Source: Mobula hypostoma
Taxonomy: Eukaryota
Direction of reading: 5' to 3'
Assembly (NCBI RefSeq): GCF_963921235.1
Contig: NC_086097.1
Location: 30,754,001-30,818,000 of the forward strand
DNA length: 64,000 bases
Position 1 is the stretch's first letter. Each line of letters opens with the position of its first letter. Both the position numbers and the translations under genes were made by a program. Below, piece by piece: positions 1-12,390 of this stretch. The notes beneath the pieces were generated by a model that was given only the letters and a program-made list of their open reading frames with translations, searched no databases and was not told where the DNA came from.

Positions 1-310
1 CAAATTGAATATAATTTAATAGTACTTTCTAGGAGCCAGAACAGGTACAATGAATTGAATTCGAGTCACGTAGTGTGAAAAAAGGCCCTTTGGCCCATCC
101 AGCCCTTCCTGACCAAGTTGCTTACCCTAGCCCTTCCCAGTTGTCTGCATTTGATCCCCTATCCTTCGAAACCTTACCTGAGACATAAGTGCAGAATTGG
201 GCCATATGGCCCAGTAAGTTTGGTGTGTCATTCAATCATGGCTGATTTATTTTCCTTCTCAACCCCATTCTCCTGCCTTCTCCCAGTAACTTTTGATTCC
301 CCTACTAATT

Positions 311-1455
311 AGCATACAGCATAGTAGTGTAGTGGTTCACATAATGCTTTACAGCACCAGTGATCAGCGATCGGGGTTCAATTCCCACCTCTGTCTGTAA
401 ACAGTTTGCACGTACCGCATTTCCAGTTTCCTCCCACATTCTTAAAGACATATGGGTCAGAGTTAGTAAGTTGTAGACATGCTACATTGGTGCCAGAAGC
501 ATGGCAACACTTGTGGCCTGCACCCAGCACATCCTTGGACTGTGTTGAACATTGATACAAACGAAGCATTTCACGAGCATGACAAAATCTGCAGATGCTG
601 CATATCCAAAGCAACACACACAAAGTGCTGGAGGAACTCAGCAGGTCAGGCTGTATCAATGGAAAAGGGTAGACAGGCAATATTTCAGGCAAAGGCTTCA
701 TAACTGAGAAGGAAGGGGAAAGATGCCAGAATAAAAAGGTGGGAGGAGGGGAAAGAAGTTAGCTGGAGATGATGGGTGAAGCCAGCTGGGCGGGAAAAGT
801 CAAAAGCTAGAGACAGAGGAATCTGATAGGAGAAGCGAGTGGACAATAGGAGAAGAAGAAATGGAAGAGGGAAGGCACCCAGGGTTAAGTGATAGGCAGG
901 TGAGAAGAAGTGGAAGGTCAAAGTGGTGAATAGAGGGGGGGGGGGTAGGGGAATTTGTTCACCAGAAGGAGAAATCAATATTCATGCCATCAAGTTGGAG
1001 GGTACCCAGAGGGAATATAAGGTATTGCTCCTCCACCCCGAGGATGGCCTCATCTTGGCACAAGAGGATGCCATGGATCAACATGTTGGAATGAAAATGG
1101 GAATTAAAATGTTTGGCTACCGGGTAGTCCCACTAGTGGCAAATGGTGCAGAGGTGCTTGATGAAGCAGTCCTCCAATTTACGATGGGTCCCACCAATGT
1201 AGAGGAGGCTGCTTTGGGAGCACCAGACACAATAGACAACCCCAGCAGATTCACAGGTGAAGTGTAGCCTCACATGGAAGGTCTGCTTGGGGCCCTGAAC
1301 GGAGAAGAGGGAGGAGGTGAATGGGCAGGTGTAGCCCTTAAGCCGCTTGTAGAGATAAATGTCTGGAGGGAGATGAGGGAGGAGCAATGAACGGACAAGG
1401 GAATTGCGGAGGGAGCATTTCACTGTATGTTTTTATGTACATGTGACAATTAAAA
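311..1455 (+). mobile_element. V-SINE-like tRNA-derived SINE, split by a Penelope insertion
   Basis: tRNA-like head with B-box GGTTCAATTCC near 375, then TTTCCTCCCACA core; the tail CACTGTATGT..GTACATGTGACAAT resumes after 1414. Similar copies at 16090 and 39730. Confidence 0.65.
575..1413 (-). mobile_element. Penelope-like retroelement 3' fragment (GIY-YIG endonuclease remnant plus pseudo-LTR)
   Basis: ORF 1133-1423 gives GPKQTFHVRLHFTCESAGVVYCVWCSQSSLLYIGGTHRKLEDCFIKH (GIY-YIG-type VVY..LYIG). 10-bp TSD AGCATTTCAC at 565-574 and 1414-1423. Confidence 0.85.
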
Positions 1456-1589
1456 CTTTGATAAACGTGATAATAAGTACTTTTCAACCTCAGCTTTAAA
1501 TATAAAGATTAGCGTTATTTGTTACATGAACATCAAAACATACAATGAAATGCATTCTGTGTCAAATCAAATCAGCGAGAATTGATATG

Positions 1590-2812
1590 CAGTCTCTATC
1601 CCCCATCAAGAAGACCTTATTACAGCTTTCTGTTTCTTTCTCGACAACATACCCAAAGTCCCCCTCACCCACAACAATTTCTCTTTTGGCTCCTCCCAAT
1701 TTCTCCAAATCTAAGGTGCAGCCATGGGCACATGCATGGGCCCCAGCTTTTCTTTCCAGGGACATCAGAGATGTCCTTCTTCAAAAAAAAACAGGGGTTT
1801 CCTTCCTCCACCATTAACACTGGCCTCACCCTCATCCCCTCCAGTTCCCAAATATCCACATTCACTCCAACTTCTTCCACCTTAACAGGGATAGAATTCC
1901 TCTTGTCCTCACCTACCACCCCAAGAACCTCTGCATCCGCACATCTTTTCTTCCCACACCGTGCCCCCCCCCACTCTCCACTTTTCGCAGGGATCGCTCC
2001 CTCCATACCTCCCTTGTCTCTTCATCCCTCCCCATTAATCTCCTTCCTGCCACATCTCCCTGCAAATGACAGAAATGCTACACCTGCCAGTTCACCTACA
2101 CCCTCACCTCTACTCAGGGCCCCAAATAGTCCTTCCAGGTGAGGCGACAGTTCATCTGCGAATCTGTTGGGATCATCTATTGTATCCGGAGCTCCCAATG
2201 CGGCCTCTATTACAATGGCGAGACCCAATGTAAACTGGGCGACCGCTTTGTCAAGCACCTTAGCTCCATCTGCAAAAAGTGGAATTTCCTGGTGACCAAC
2301 CACTTTAATTCCTATCCTCATTCCCATTCGAACATGTCAGCTCATGGCCTCCTTTACTGTCACAATGATGTCACTCTCAGGGTGGAGGAGCAACACTTCA
2401 TATTCTATCTAGGTAGGCTCCAACCTGATGGCACGAACATTGAATTCTCCTTCGGTAATTTTTCCCTCCCCTTCCCTCTTCTTCTATTCTCCACTCTGGC
2501 CTCTTACCTCTTCTCCTTACCTACCGAACACCTCCCCTGGTGCCCCTCCTTCTACACTTTCCCATATGGTCCATTTTCCTCTATTAGTTTCTCCAGCACT
2601 GCCTCTTTCACTTATCATCTTGCACCTACCTAATTGGCTTCACCTATCATCTTCTTGCTTGTCCTTATTCTCTTCCCCCACCTTTTTATTCTGGCATCTT
2701 CTCCTTCCTTTCAAATTCTGATGAAGGGTCTTGGCCTGAAATGTCAACTATTTATTCATTTCCATGGATACTGTCTGACCTGCCGAGTTCCTCCAGCATT
2801 TTGAGTGTGTTG
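1590..2812 (+). mobile_element. Penelope-like retroelement, decayed RT fragments, GIY-YIG domain and pseudo-LTR
   Basis: GAAMGTCMGPS-type RT motif near 1715; FICESVGIIYCIRSSQCGLYYNGETQCKLGDRFVKHL in ORF 2139-2633; pLTR with degenerate hammerhead CTGATGAAGGGTCTTGGCCTGAAATGTC near 2718. Confidence 0.85.
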
Positions 2813-4070
2813 CCCAGCTATGCCTGCCTTTTCAATGGCTTTATGGAACAGTCATTCCGTGCTACATTGATGACTGCACTGGTGCTGCTTCATGCACCCA
2901 TGCTTTGCTCATCAATTTCATTAAGTTTGCCTCCAACTTCCATCCTGCTCTTAAATTCACTTGGTCCATTTCTGATACCTTTCTCCCCTTCTTTGATCTG
3001 TCTCCATCTCTGGGGAAAAAGTGCTTACTGGTACCTTTTATAAACCTATCATCTCTCATAGCTACCTTGACTGTACTTCTTTCCACCCTGTCACCATTCC
3101 TTTGTCTCCACTACATCTGTTCCCAGGATGAGGCTTTCCTTTCCAGAACATCAGAGGAGTCCTCCTTCTTCAAAGAACGGGGTTTCTCTTCCTCCACCAT
3201 TAATGCTGCCCTCACCTGTACCTCTATTTCCTGGACAATTGCCCTCACCTCATCTTCCCACTGCCTTAACAGGGATAGAGTGCCTCTTGTCCTTACCTAC
3301 CACCCCAGCACATCATTCTCCACCATCATTCCACTAAACACATCTTTAACACTTCACCACTCTGTGTTTTCCACAGGGATCACTCTCTCCATAATTCCAT
3401 TGTCCATTTGTCACTCCCCACTAATATTCCTGCTGGCATTTATTCCTACAAGCAGAAGAAGTGCTATGCCTGCCCTCACCTCCAGGTAAGGTAAAACTTC
3501 AACTGCGAATATGTTGGGATCATCTCCTGTATCTGGTGCTCCTGATACAACCTGCTCTGCATTGGTGAGAGTTGAGGTAGATTGGGGGACTGCTTTGTCA
3601 TGCACCTTTGCTCCAATCCAACAGGCAAGATTTCCTGGCGGCCAACTATTTTAATTCCAGTCCCCATTACAAATCTGACATGTTAGTCCATGGCATTCTC
3701 TACTGTCACAATAAGGCCACTCTCAGGTTGGAGGAGCAACACCTCATATTCCGCCTGATTAGCTTCCAACCTGATGGCACAAACATCGATTTCTCAATCT
3801 TCTGGTAACTCCTCCCTTCCACCTTTCCTCTTCTTCCAATCCCCATTCTGGCTCCCCTCTTACCTATTCTCTTCTCCTCACCTATCACCTCTCCCTGGTG
3901 CCCTTCCTTCTTTCCTTTCTCCCGTGGTTTACTTTCCTCTCCTATCAGATTCCTTCTTCTTCACCCCTTTACCTTTCCCACCTATCACCTCCCAACTTCT
4001 CACTTTATTCTCCACCCCCCCCACCCACCCATCTTCCCCCTCACCTGGTTTCACCTATACCTTGCATTAG
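2813..4070 (+). mobile_element. Second Penelope-like copy directly in tandem (RT YIDD motif, GIY-YIG remnant, partial pLTR)
   Basis: PSYACLF.GFMEQ then TACATTGATGAC (YIDD) at 2863-2874; FIKFASNFHPALKFTWSIS; ATLRLEEQHLIFRL..QPDGTNIDFS C-terminus. Confidence 0.85.
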
Positions 4071-4074
4071 CGTG

Positions 4075-4370
4075 ATACCCAATGATTTGGCCTAAATGGA
4101 CATCTGTAATAATGAATTCCACAGATTCGCTAGAGCCATTGGCTAAAGAAGTTCCTCCTCATTACTTTTCTAAAGGGACATTCTTGTATTCTGAAGCTGT
4201 GCCTTCTGGTCCTAGACTCCCCAACTACAGGATACATCCTCTCCACACCCACTCTATCTAGGCCTTTCAATATGAGATTTCCATCATTCTTCTAATCTCC
4301 CAGAGTACAGGCCCAGGGCCAACAAATGCTCCTCATATGTTAACCCTTTCATTCCTGGGATCATTATCTC
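4075..4370 (-). mobile_element. CR1-type LINE 3' fragment
   Basis: Matches the other CR1 copies in the window (33500-33800); reverse strand encodes decayed RMIPG..GLYSLE..RVVNLWNSL. Confidence 0.75.
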
Positions 4371-4486
4371 ATTAATTTTCGTTCATTTATATTTCTCTTG
4401 TGAATGTTGTGACTCTGCTGCAAATAAGCTTTTCCTTGTGCTGATGCATACATGTCCTTGTGTATATGTCAGGTTGGCAATCACTC

Positions 4487-5035
4487 TTCATAGAACATAG
4501 AAATCTGCAGCACATTACAGGCCCTTCAGCCCACAATGTTGTGCTGACCATGTAACCTACTCTAGAAACTGCCTGGAATAACCCTACCGCATAGCCCTCG
4601 ATTTTTCTAAGCTCCATGTACCTATCTAAGAGTCTCTTAAAAGACCCTATTGTACCCACCTTCACCACCATTGCTGGCAGTGCATACCACACACCCACTA
4701 CTCTCTGTGTGAAAATCTTACCTCTGACATCCCCCTTGTATCTCCTTCCAAGCACCTTAAAGCTATGCCCCCTTGTGTTAGCCATTTCAGCCCTGGGAAA
4801 AAGCCTCTGGCTATCCACGTGATCGATGCCTCTCATCATCTTATACTCCTCTATCAAGTCACCTCTCATCCTCTGTCACTCCAAGGAGAAAAGGCTGAGT
4901 TCACTCAACCTATTCTCATAGGGCATGCTCTCCAATCCCGGCAACATTCTTGCAAATCTCCTCTGCACTCTCTGTATAGTATCTACATCCTTCCTGTAGT
5001 GAGGTGACTAGACCTGAACATAATATTCCAAGTGG
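4487..5035 (-). mobile_element. CR1 LINE 3' end (ORF2 C-terminus plus 3' UTR with CTATGTTT-type tail)
   Basis: ORF 4387-4869 RGDLIEEYKMMRGIDHVDSQRLFPRAEMANTRGHSFKV..FTQRVV is the typical CR1 ORF2 C-terminus; tail CATAGAACATAGAA at 4488. Confidence 0.9.
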
Positions 5036-6309
5036 CTAGAGGTTGGGAGGCCATGTCAGGTCAGCAGTTGCTCTTCATGGGTTGGGTCGGAGGCCACGGG
5101 TCGGTGGTCGCTCCCCACGACCTGAGTTTGAGTTGTCACTCTCCACAATACTGATGGAGGATGGTTTGGAAATTCCAAGACATATATGACTATTGGTGTG
5201 GACTGTAGCTCATATTGGTCTTCAGTTTTTCTATGTTTTCTTACCTGTTGTTGACTGACAGGTGGGTGATATGCTACTTTTTTGAGTGAGAGAGCGGTTG
5301 GGGAATTGAGTCTTGGTGTTCTTACATGTGAGAGATCTGTTAGTTTTTTGTGTGCATGAGAAGTTGGGGTTTGATGTTATTGTCAACTGTTTTTATTTGC
5401 GCGGGAGAGACTTGGGGTTTAGGGGGTTGATGTTTTAACTGCTATGTCTGGCTGGTGATCTGTTAAGTTTTGTATGGGGGTGTTGGGGGAGTTGGGGTTT
5501 GTGAGTTCTGTTTCTTTTTCGTGTGGGAAGGGGACTGATGTCTTTCAATGACTTCTGTGGTTTTTCTGTATTTCATGGCTATCTGGAGAAGATGAACCGA
5601 GAGTTGTATTCTGCAAATACACTTGGATAATAAAATGAACCTTTGAACCTTGAAACTCTAAGGTGGGAAGACAGGAGAAGGTGGCAAATCTGATATTAAA
5701 GTTGGTGTCAGCTGGTGATGCCTTCTCCCCTACAGCTGCTCAACAGAGAACCCTCATCTGTCCTGCAGACACCATCATCACAATAAGATGTAACTGGCTA
5801 AAGAGAATAGTAACAGACTGATTCCAGCTGCTGCTTGCTATTAGATCAATCCAAAGATTAGCCACAATCAGTGCTGACTGAACCAATGCTTCAGTGATCA
5901 AAGCAATTTATCCTGGTGTATGTTTAACTAAACTAGTTTACACATAATAGTGAAGCAAAGACTAATCAAAAAAAACGGTACAATTGGAAATGAAATCAGG
6001 CACTTGAATGCATTTCAATTAAATACTTTGTCAAAAAGGATTTTGTGATCACAGAATAAATGAGTCTCTGGGCCAGTAGAGGCAAGAAATACACCGAGTA
6101 CTGATAGCTGTACACATACAATTGGTGCCCTGGGCATTGCTTCTGTCAGGAGATACCAGTGTCAGACGAGCGATCCAGGAATAAGGGGGTAGGTGGGATC
6201 AGGATACTGGGGTGGAAGAGGGGTTCAGCAAACTGCAAAGTAAGTTTATTATCAAAGTATGTATTTGTCACCATATCATACCATTTGATTCATTTTCTTA
6301 CAGGCATTT

Positions 6310-7160
6310 ACACTTGGATTGTTTCCTCTGGAGCATTGGAGACTGAGGGGAGACCTGTTAGAGGTTTATATAATTATAAGGCATAGATAAGGTACTTAGT
6401 TAGAGTCTTATTCCTAGGGCAGAAATGTCAAATAGTAAAGAGCACAAGTTCAAGGTGAGAATCCTAGACTCACACAACATGGAAAAAGGGCCTTCAGCTC
6501 AGCTGCTCCGTACCGACTAAGCTGGCCCATCCAAACCAGTTCCATTTGCTAGTGCTTGGCTCATAACCTTTGTATCCTTTCTAATCCACGTAGCTGTCCA
6601 ACTGACTTCTTAAAGCTTTTGCACTTGCGTCAACCACTTCCTATGGCAGCTCGTTCCACATAGATACCACCATTTATGTAAAAAAGTGGTCCCTTGGGTT
6701 CCTTTTAAATGTTTCACCTTTCACCTTAAACCCATGCCCTCTAGCTCTTGGTTCACCAACTCTGGGAAAGAGATTGTATTCACCCTATCTACGCCGCTCG
6801 TGATTCTGTACATCTCTGTTCGATCACCTCTCAGACTCCTACACTCAGAGGAATAAAGTCCTAGCTTGTCCAATCTCTCCAACTTAGTCCCTCAAGTCCT
6901 GGCAACATCCTGGTAAATCTTTTCTGCACTCTTTCCAGTTTGATAATAGCTTTCCTGTAGCAGAGTGACCAAAATGGAATATTCCATGTGTGGCCTTACC
7001 AATGTCCTGTACAGGAGGAAGGAGAGGAGAAAAGCTTAAGTGAGATGTGTGGGGCAGATTTGTTTACATAGAGAGAGATAGGTGCCTGGAAGGGGTTGCC
7101 AGGGGTGGCGGTTGTGGAAGCAGACATGATAGTGACATTTAACAAGCATTTAGATATATT
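6310..7160. mobile_element. Old plus-strand CR1 3' fragment interrupted by a minus-strand CR1 fragment (about 6470-7012)
   Basis: CR1 coding remnant GLFPLEH.RLRGDL at 6315-6460 resumes after 7015; the intervening segment is a reverse CR1 3' end. Confidence 0.6.
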
Positions 7161-7404
7161 AAAGAATCCCCACTATAGACCTCACAAGTTACTTGCTCAC
7201 GGCCCTTACACTTTATTTGTATACCTGCACTGCACTCTCCCTGTAACCGTAACTCTTTATTCTTCATTCTGTTATAGCTTTTCCCTTGTATTACCTTAAT
7301 GCACTGATGTGATGAAATTATCTGTATGGATGGTATGCAAAACAAAGCTTTTCACTGTACCTCTGTACATGTGACAATACTGAACCCATTTACGTGAACA
7401 GATT

Positions 7405-7695
7405 AAGGATTAACTTTATTTGTCACGTGTACGTTGAAACATACAGTGAAATGTGTCTTTTGCGTCAACAAGGAACACGGTCTGAGGACGTGCAGGGAGC
7501 AGCCTTTGAGTATTGCTGTCCTTCTGGCACCAATATAACATTCCAACAAATTACTAACCTCAACCCTTTGGAATGCGGCAGGATTCCCACGTGGTCACGG
7601 GGAGAACATACAAACACTTTACAGACCGTGGCTGGTACAGAACCCGGTTGCTGCCACTGTAACCATCACACTAGCCGCTATGCTACTGTGCCATC
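7405..7695 (-). mobile_element. V-SINE-like SINE
   Basis: Reverse complement of the SINE at 311/16090: CTTTATTTGTCACGTGTAC tail and GTGGTCACGGGGAGAACATACAAAC core. Confidence 0.65.
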
Positions 7696-8644
7696 CTATA
7701 TATAGGTAGGTACATGGATATGAAGAATGTGGAGGATGTGGGCCAAATGCAGGGAAATGGGTTTAGCATGCTGCTCCAAGCAGGAAACATGCAGGGAATG
7801 GAGGGAAACGGTGTCATTTAGTATCACGGTTGGCACAGATATTGTAGGCTGAAGGGCCTGTATTCATTTATTTAGAGATACAGTACAGAATTGTCCTTTC
7901 TGGCCCTTTGAGCTGTACCGCTCAGCAACCCCATTTAACGCTAGCCTAATCACAGGACAACTTATAAAGACCAATTAATCGGTATGTCTTTGGAGTGTGG
8001 GAGGAAACTGGAGGACCCGGAGAACACCCATGAATTTCATAGGAAATAAGTACAGAGCCCTTACAGATGACATTGGAATTGAACTTCAAACTATTGTTCT
8101 ACATGTTCTGTTATATCAGCCGTGACTGTGTTGAACGGTAGAGCACTGTAACCAACGTAGTCAGTCTACTTCTGCAATCTCTTGATTGCACGTCCGAACA
8201 CATTTGCAAATAGTAGCTGTTTGCACTCTGTGATTCATTCCACCAAGCCTAAACACAGGCATGCACTCTTCTGCTGCTAGTACCCCACCAAACTAAGGGG
8301 TAGGCAGTGAGATTAATCTCTTGCTAACTTTCATCTCCACCCTTTGCAGCAGTTATCCAGCCAGCTCATCGAATACTGAGCTGTTCCAATGAAGAGTCCT
8401 AATGAAGGTCTCAGCCTGAAAAGTCTCCATAGATGCTGCCTGACCTGCTGAGTTCCTCCAGCATTTTGTGTTTGTTCATCCAAAGCTGCTAATATTTGTA
8501 TATAAGTCTGATGGTGACGACTTGCCACTGTCCGATAGAGAAAGAAGCTTTTGTATTAATGTCCTCTGCTTGTTACCTGCTCATTGCCTTGGCTTTAAAA
8601 TTACAGACGCCTTTCATTAAAAGCCCATCATTGTCTCATTACAG

Positions 8645-9812
8645 ATTAGATTGGGTTTATTAATCACATGTACATTGAAAAATATAGTGAAATGTGTTGT
8701 TTGTTTTAACGACCAATGCAATCTAAGGATGTGCTGGGGCTAACTGCAAGTGTCGCCACATATTCTTTCAGCAACGTAGCAAGCTCACAATGTTCAGCAG
8801 AACAACATAAGCAACAACACAACACAGGAATAAAACAAAACAACAGCAATATAAAGCCTTTCTCCCTCCCAACCACATACCAACTGACACAGAAAGACAG
8901 ATCCCCAACCCCAGGACAGGCTGCCTCTGGGCATTTAACTTCCAGACATGCCAACCCTAGGATCTTGACCTTCGGGTCTTGACTTCGGTCTTCAATCTTT
9001 GGCAATAATTGCAGAACTTGCTAATCATGGGGCTTTGAATCACAGGCCTTCAAACATGGGACTTGTCGACCTGTGAGGTCGGCCCTGGCTCAGACTGGTA
9101 GAAACACAGACATCAGGTCTCTGACTTATGGACACACTGATCTTGGGGTTTAGATCTAGATTTCCAGACTCTACCTCCGGGCTTTGACCTCCAGAGTTGA
9201 CCCCAGGACAAGACGATTTTGGGATCCTGAACTCTGGACTTGCATGGACCTCTGACCCCAGGACTTGCCTTCCTGGGGGGGGTGGGGAGGGTCACTGACC
9301 CTTTTCCACAGGGCCTGTTGACCTCAATTATTGACTACTGGTCTTCATGTCAACTCCTGCTGACTTGACATCTTTCCATGGGATTACTAACCTTTGACCA
9401 TGGAGTGTTCCAACTCAGACTGTGACTCCTACCCTGACTCTTCATTTACTGCTTCTGACTTCTAACTCCCCCTTCCTCTTGTCCTTAAATTCTAACCCAG
9501 GGTTTGGCAACCTTTTTGCCTCTGTGGGCCGTATCGTGTATTGATGAGTGGATAGTGGGCCAGATAAATGCCATTAAAAACTTGAAATATAGGAATTATC
9601 CATTTAAATATATCTAGTTATGTTTTGCCTCAAATTAATGAATAACGCATGCTAGAAAATCATTTGTGCTTAAGGTTGCCTACCTCTGTTCTCTAACCTG
9701 TCCTCTAACTCCCTGCACGAATCCATTAAACCGTCCGTACAAACCTAAAAAACGACAGACTGAGCAACTAGCAACCAACTTTGACAGACTTCACAGCTAG
9801 GCAACATCTTGA
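8645..9812 (-). mobile_element. Non-autonomous composite retroposon (CAAGATG-type 5' start, degenerate internal VNTR, SINE/LINE-type 3' tail)
   Basis: Same tail as the SINEs at 8645-8800; degenerate TCTGACC../GGACTT repeats at 8930-9420; related plus-strand copies at 21085-21615 and 46490-46860. Confidence 0.45.
9498..9688. mobile_element. hAT (Charlie-like) MITE, 191 bp
   Basis: 17-bp TIRs CAGGGTTTGGCAACCTT / AAGGTTGCCTACCTCTG (3 mismatches); flanks TTCTAACC and TTCTCTAACC consistent with a slipped 8-bp TSD; no coding capacity. Confidence 0.75.
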
Positions 9813-9984
9813 CTGTTTATTCTTCAAAGAATTTAATAAGGTTGTCTTTCCAGACCTTTACTTTAGAAATGTATGCAGATAATTCATTACTATGATGATT
9901 TGATGGCTTTCCATTTTCTCGTTTAGATGGGAATTCTTTTTCAGTTACCAATATTAAACTGACCGGTATCCAATTCCTGGAGCA

Positions 9985-10790
9985 CAGATGAGTTGGAGTA
10001 CAGGAAGGAGATAGAGAGCTCAGTCATGGCAACAATCTTTCCCTCAATATCAGCAAAACAAAAGAGTTGGTCATTGACTTCAGGAAGAGAAGTGGTGCAC
10101 ACGCTCCTGTTTTTATCAATAGTGCTGAAATGAAGAGGGTTTCACAGCTCTATGTTCCAAGGAGTGAACATTACCAACAGCCTGTCCTGGTCCAATCATA
10201 TAGAAGCCACAGCCAAGAAACGGCACCTTTGCTTCCTCAGGAGTCGCAAGAAATTTGGCATGTCCCTGTTAAGCCTTACTAATTTTTAATGACGCACTAT
10301 AGAAAGCATCCTACGTGGATGCATCACGACTGCTCAGCCCGTGATTGCAAGAAACTACAGAGAATTGTGGATACAGCTCAGGACAGCACAGAAACCAGCT
10401 CCCCTACCCCACCTTCTGTCTCTGACTACATTTCTTGCTGCATCAGTAAATCAGCCAATACAAGTCCATTAAAGTCCTCACATATCCTGGACATTCTCTC
10501 TTCTCCCTTCTCCCATCAGGTAGAAGATATAAAAGCCTGAAAGCACGTATCGCCAGGCTCAAAGACAGCTACTACCCCACTAGTACCAGAGTATCAAATA
10601 ATGCCAGTACGATAGACTCTTGAGATCACAATCTACTTTGTTTTTGTCTTGTACCTTGTTGTCTACCTGTACTTCCATTTCTCTGTAACTGTAATACTTT
10701 ATCCTACATTCTATTATTGTTATACCCTGTACTGGCACTATAGACCAATGTAATGATCTGATCCGTATTGAGAGCTTTTGTCACGTTGAC
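9985..10790 (+). mobile_element. Rex1/Babar-type LINE 3' fragment
   Basis: Decayed LSLNISKTKELVIDFRK, DCKKLQRIVDTAQ, PSGRRYKSLK motifs followed by a 3' UTR. Confidence 0.8.
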
Positions 10791-10974
10791 CCTTAAAAAT
10801 CAGAGCATTAAGTATACAAGTTGTATTGTTATGTTGAACTGTATAAGACATTAGTGTGGCTGAATTTGGAGTATTATGTGCATTTCTGGTCACCTACCTA
10901 CAGGAAAGACATCAATAAGCTTGAAAGGCATGAAGAAAGATCACAAGAATATTGCTGGAACTGGGAAAGGTTAA

Positions 10975-12040
10975 ATAGAAACATAGAAAACCTACAACAC
11001 AATACAGGCCCTTCGGCCCACAAAGTTGCGCCGAACATGTCCCTACCTTAGAAATTACCAGAGTTACCCATAGCCCTCTATTTTTCTAAGCTTCATGTAC
11101 CTATCCAAAAGTCTAAAAGACCCTATCATATCCGCCTCCACCACCATTGCCGGCAGCCCATTCCACACACTCACCACTCTCTGAGTAAAAACTTTACCCC
11201 TGACATCTCCTCTGTACCTACTCCCAAGCACCTTAAACCTGTGCCTTCTTGTGGCAGCTATTTCAGCCCTGGGAAAAAGCCTCTGACTATCCACACGGTT
11301 AATGCCTCTCATCATCTTATACACCTCTATCAGGTCACCTCTCATCCTCCGTCGCTCCAAGGAGAAAAGGCCGAGTTCACTCAACCTGTTTTCATAAGGC
11401 ATGCTCCCCAATCCGGGCAACATCCTTGTAAATCTCCTCTGCACCCTTTCTATGGTTCCAACATCCTTCCTGTAGTGAGGCTACCAGAACTGAGCACAGT
11501 ACTCCAAGTGGGGTCTGACCAGGGTCCTATATAGCTGCAACATTACCTCTCGGCTCCTAAATTCAAATCCACGATTGAAGAAGGCCAATACACCATATGC
11601 CTTCTTAACCACAGAGTCAACCTGCGGAGCTGCTTTGACCATCCTATGGACTCGGACCCCAAGATTCCTCTGATCCTCCACACCGCCAAGAGACTTACCA
11701 TTAATACTATATTCTGCCATGATATTTGACCTACCAAAATGAACCACTTCACACATCTGGGTTGAACTCCATCTGCCACTTCTCAGGCCAGTTTTGCATC
11801 CTATCAATGTCCCGCTGTAACCTCTGACAGCCCTCCACACTATCCACATCACCCCCAACTTTTGTGTCATCAGCAAACTTACTAACCCATCCCTCCACTT
11901 CCTCATCCAGGTCATTCATAAAAATCACAACGAGTAAGGGTCACAGAACAGATTCTGAGGCACCACTGGTCACCGACCTCCATGCAGAATATGACCTGTC
12001 TACAACTGCTCTTTGCCTTCTGTGGGCAAGCCAGTTCTGG
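10975..12040 (-). mobile_element. CR1 LINE, 5'-truncated, relatively young
   Basis: ORFs 11064-11444 and 11481-11915 (LQLYRTLVRPHLEYCAQFW; RGDLIEVYKMMRG); FADDTK motif near 11870; ATAGAAACATAGAAAAC tail. Confidence 0.9.
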
Positions 12041-12044
12041 ATAG

Positions 12045-12390
12045 GTTCGGACATTGAGAGGACGTGGAGAGGATGTTTCTCACAGTGGGGGATTCTAAAA
12101 CCAGAAAGCACAGCCTTGGAATGGGAGGATGTTCCTTTAGAATACAGATGATGAGGAATGTATTTAGCCAGAGGGTAGTGAATCTGTGGAATTCATTGCC
12201 ATTGATGGCTGTGGAGGGCGAATTGTTTGGTATATTTAAAGCAGAGGTTGATGGTTTTTGATTAATAAGGACATCAAAAGTTACAGGGAGAAAGCAGAGG
12301 AATGGGTTTAAGAAGGATAATAAATCAGCCATGATGGAATGGCAGAGCAGATATGTTGGGTCTAATGCTGTTTCTATGTCTTAAGGTCAT
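12045..12390 (+). mobile_element. CR1 LINE 3' end (second subfamily)
   Basis: ORF 12064-12261 RNVFSQRVVNLWNSLPLMAVE..IFKAEVDGF. Confidence 0.8.

Noticed and set aside
311..400. tRNA-like sequence with a B-box
   Set aside because: It is the decayed head of a SINE, not a cloverleaf-forming tRNA gene.
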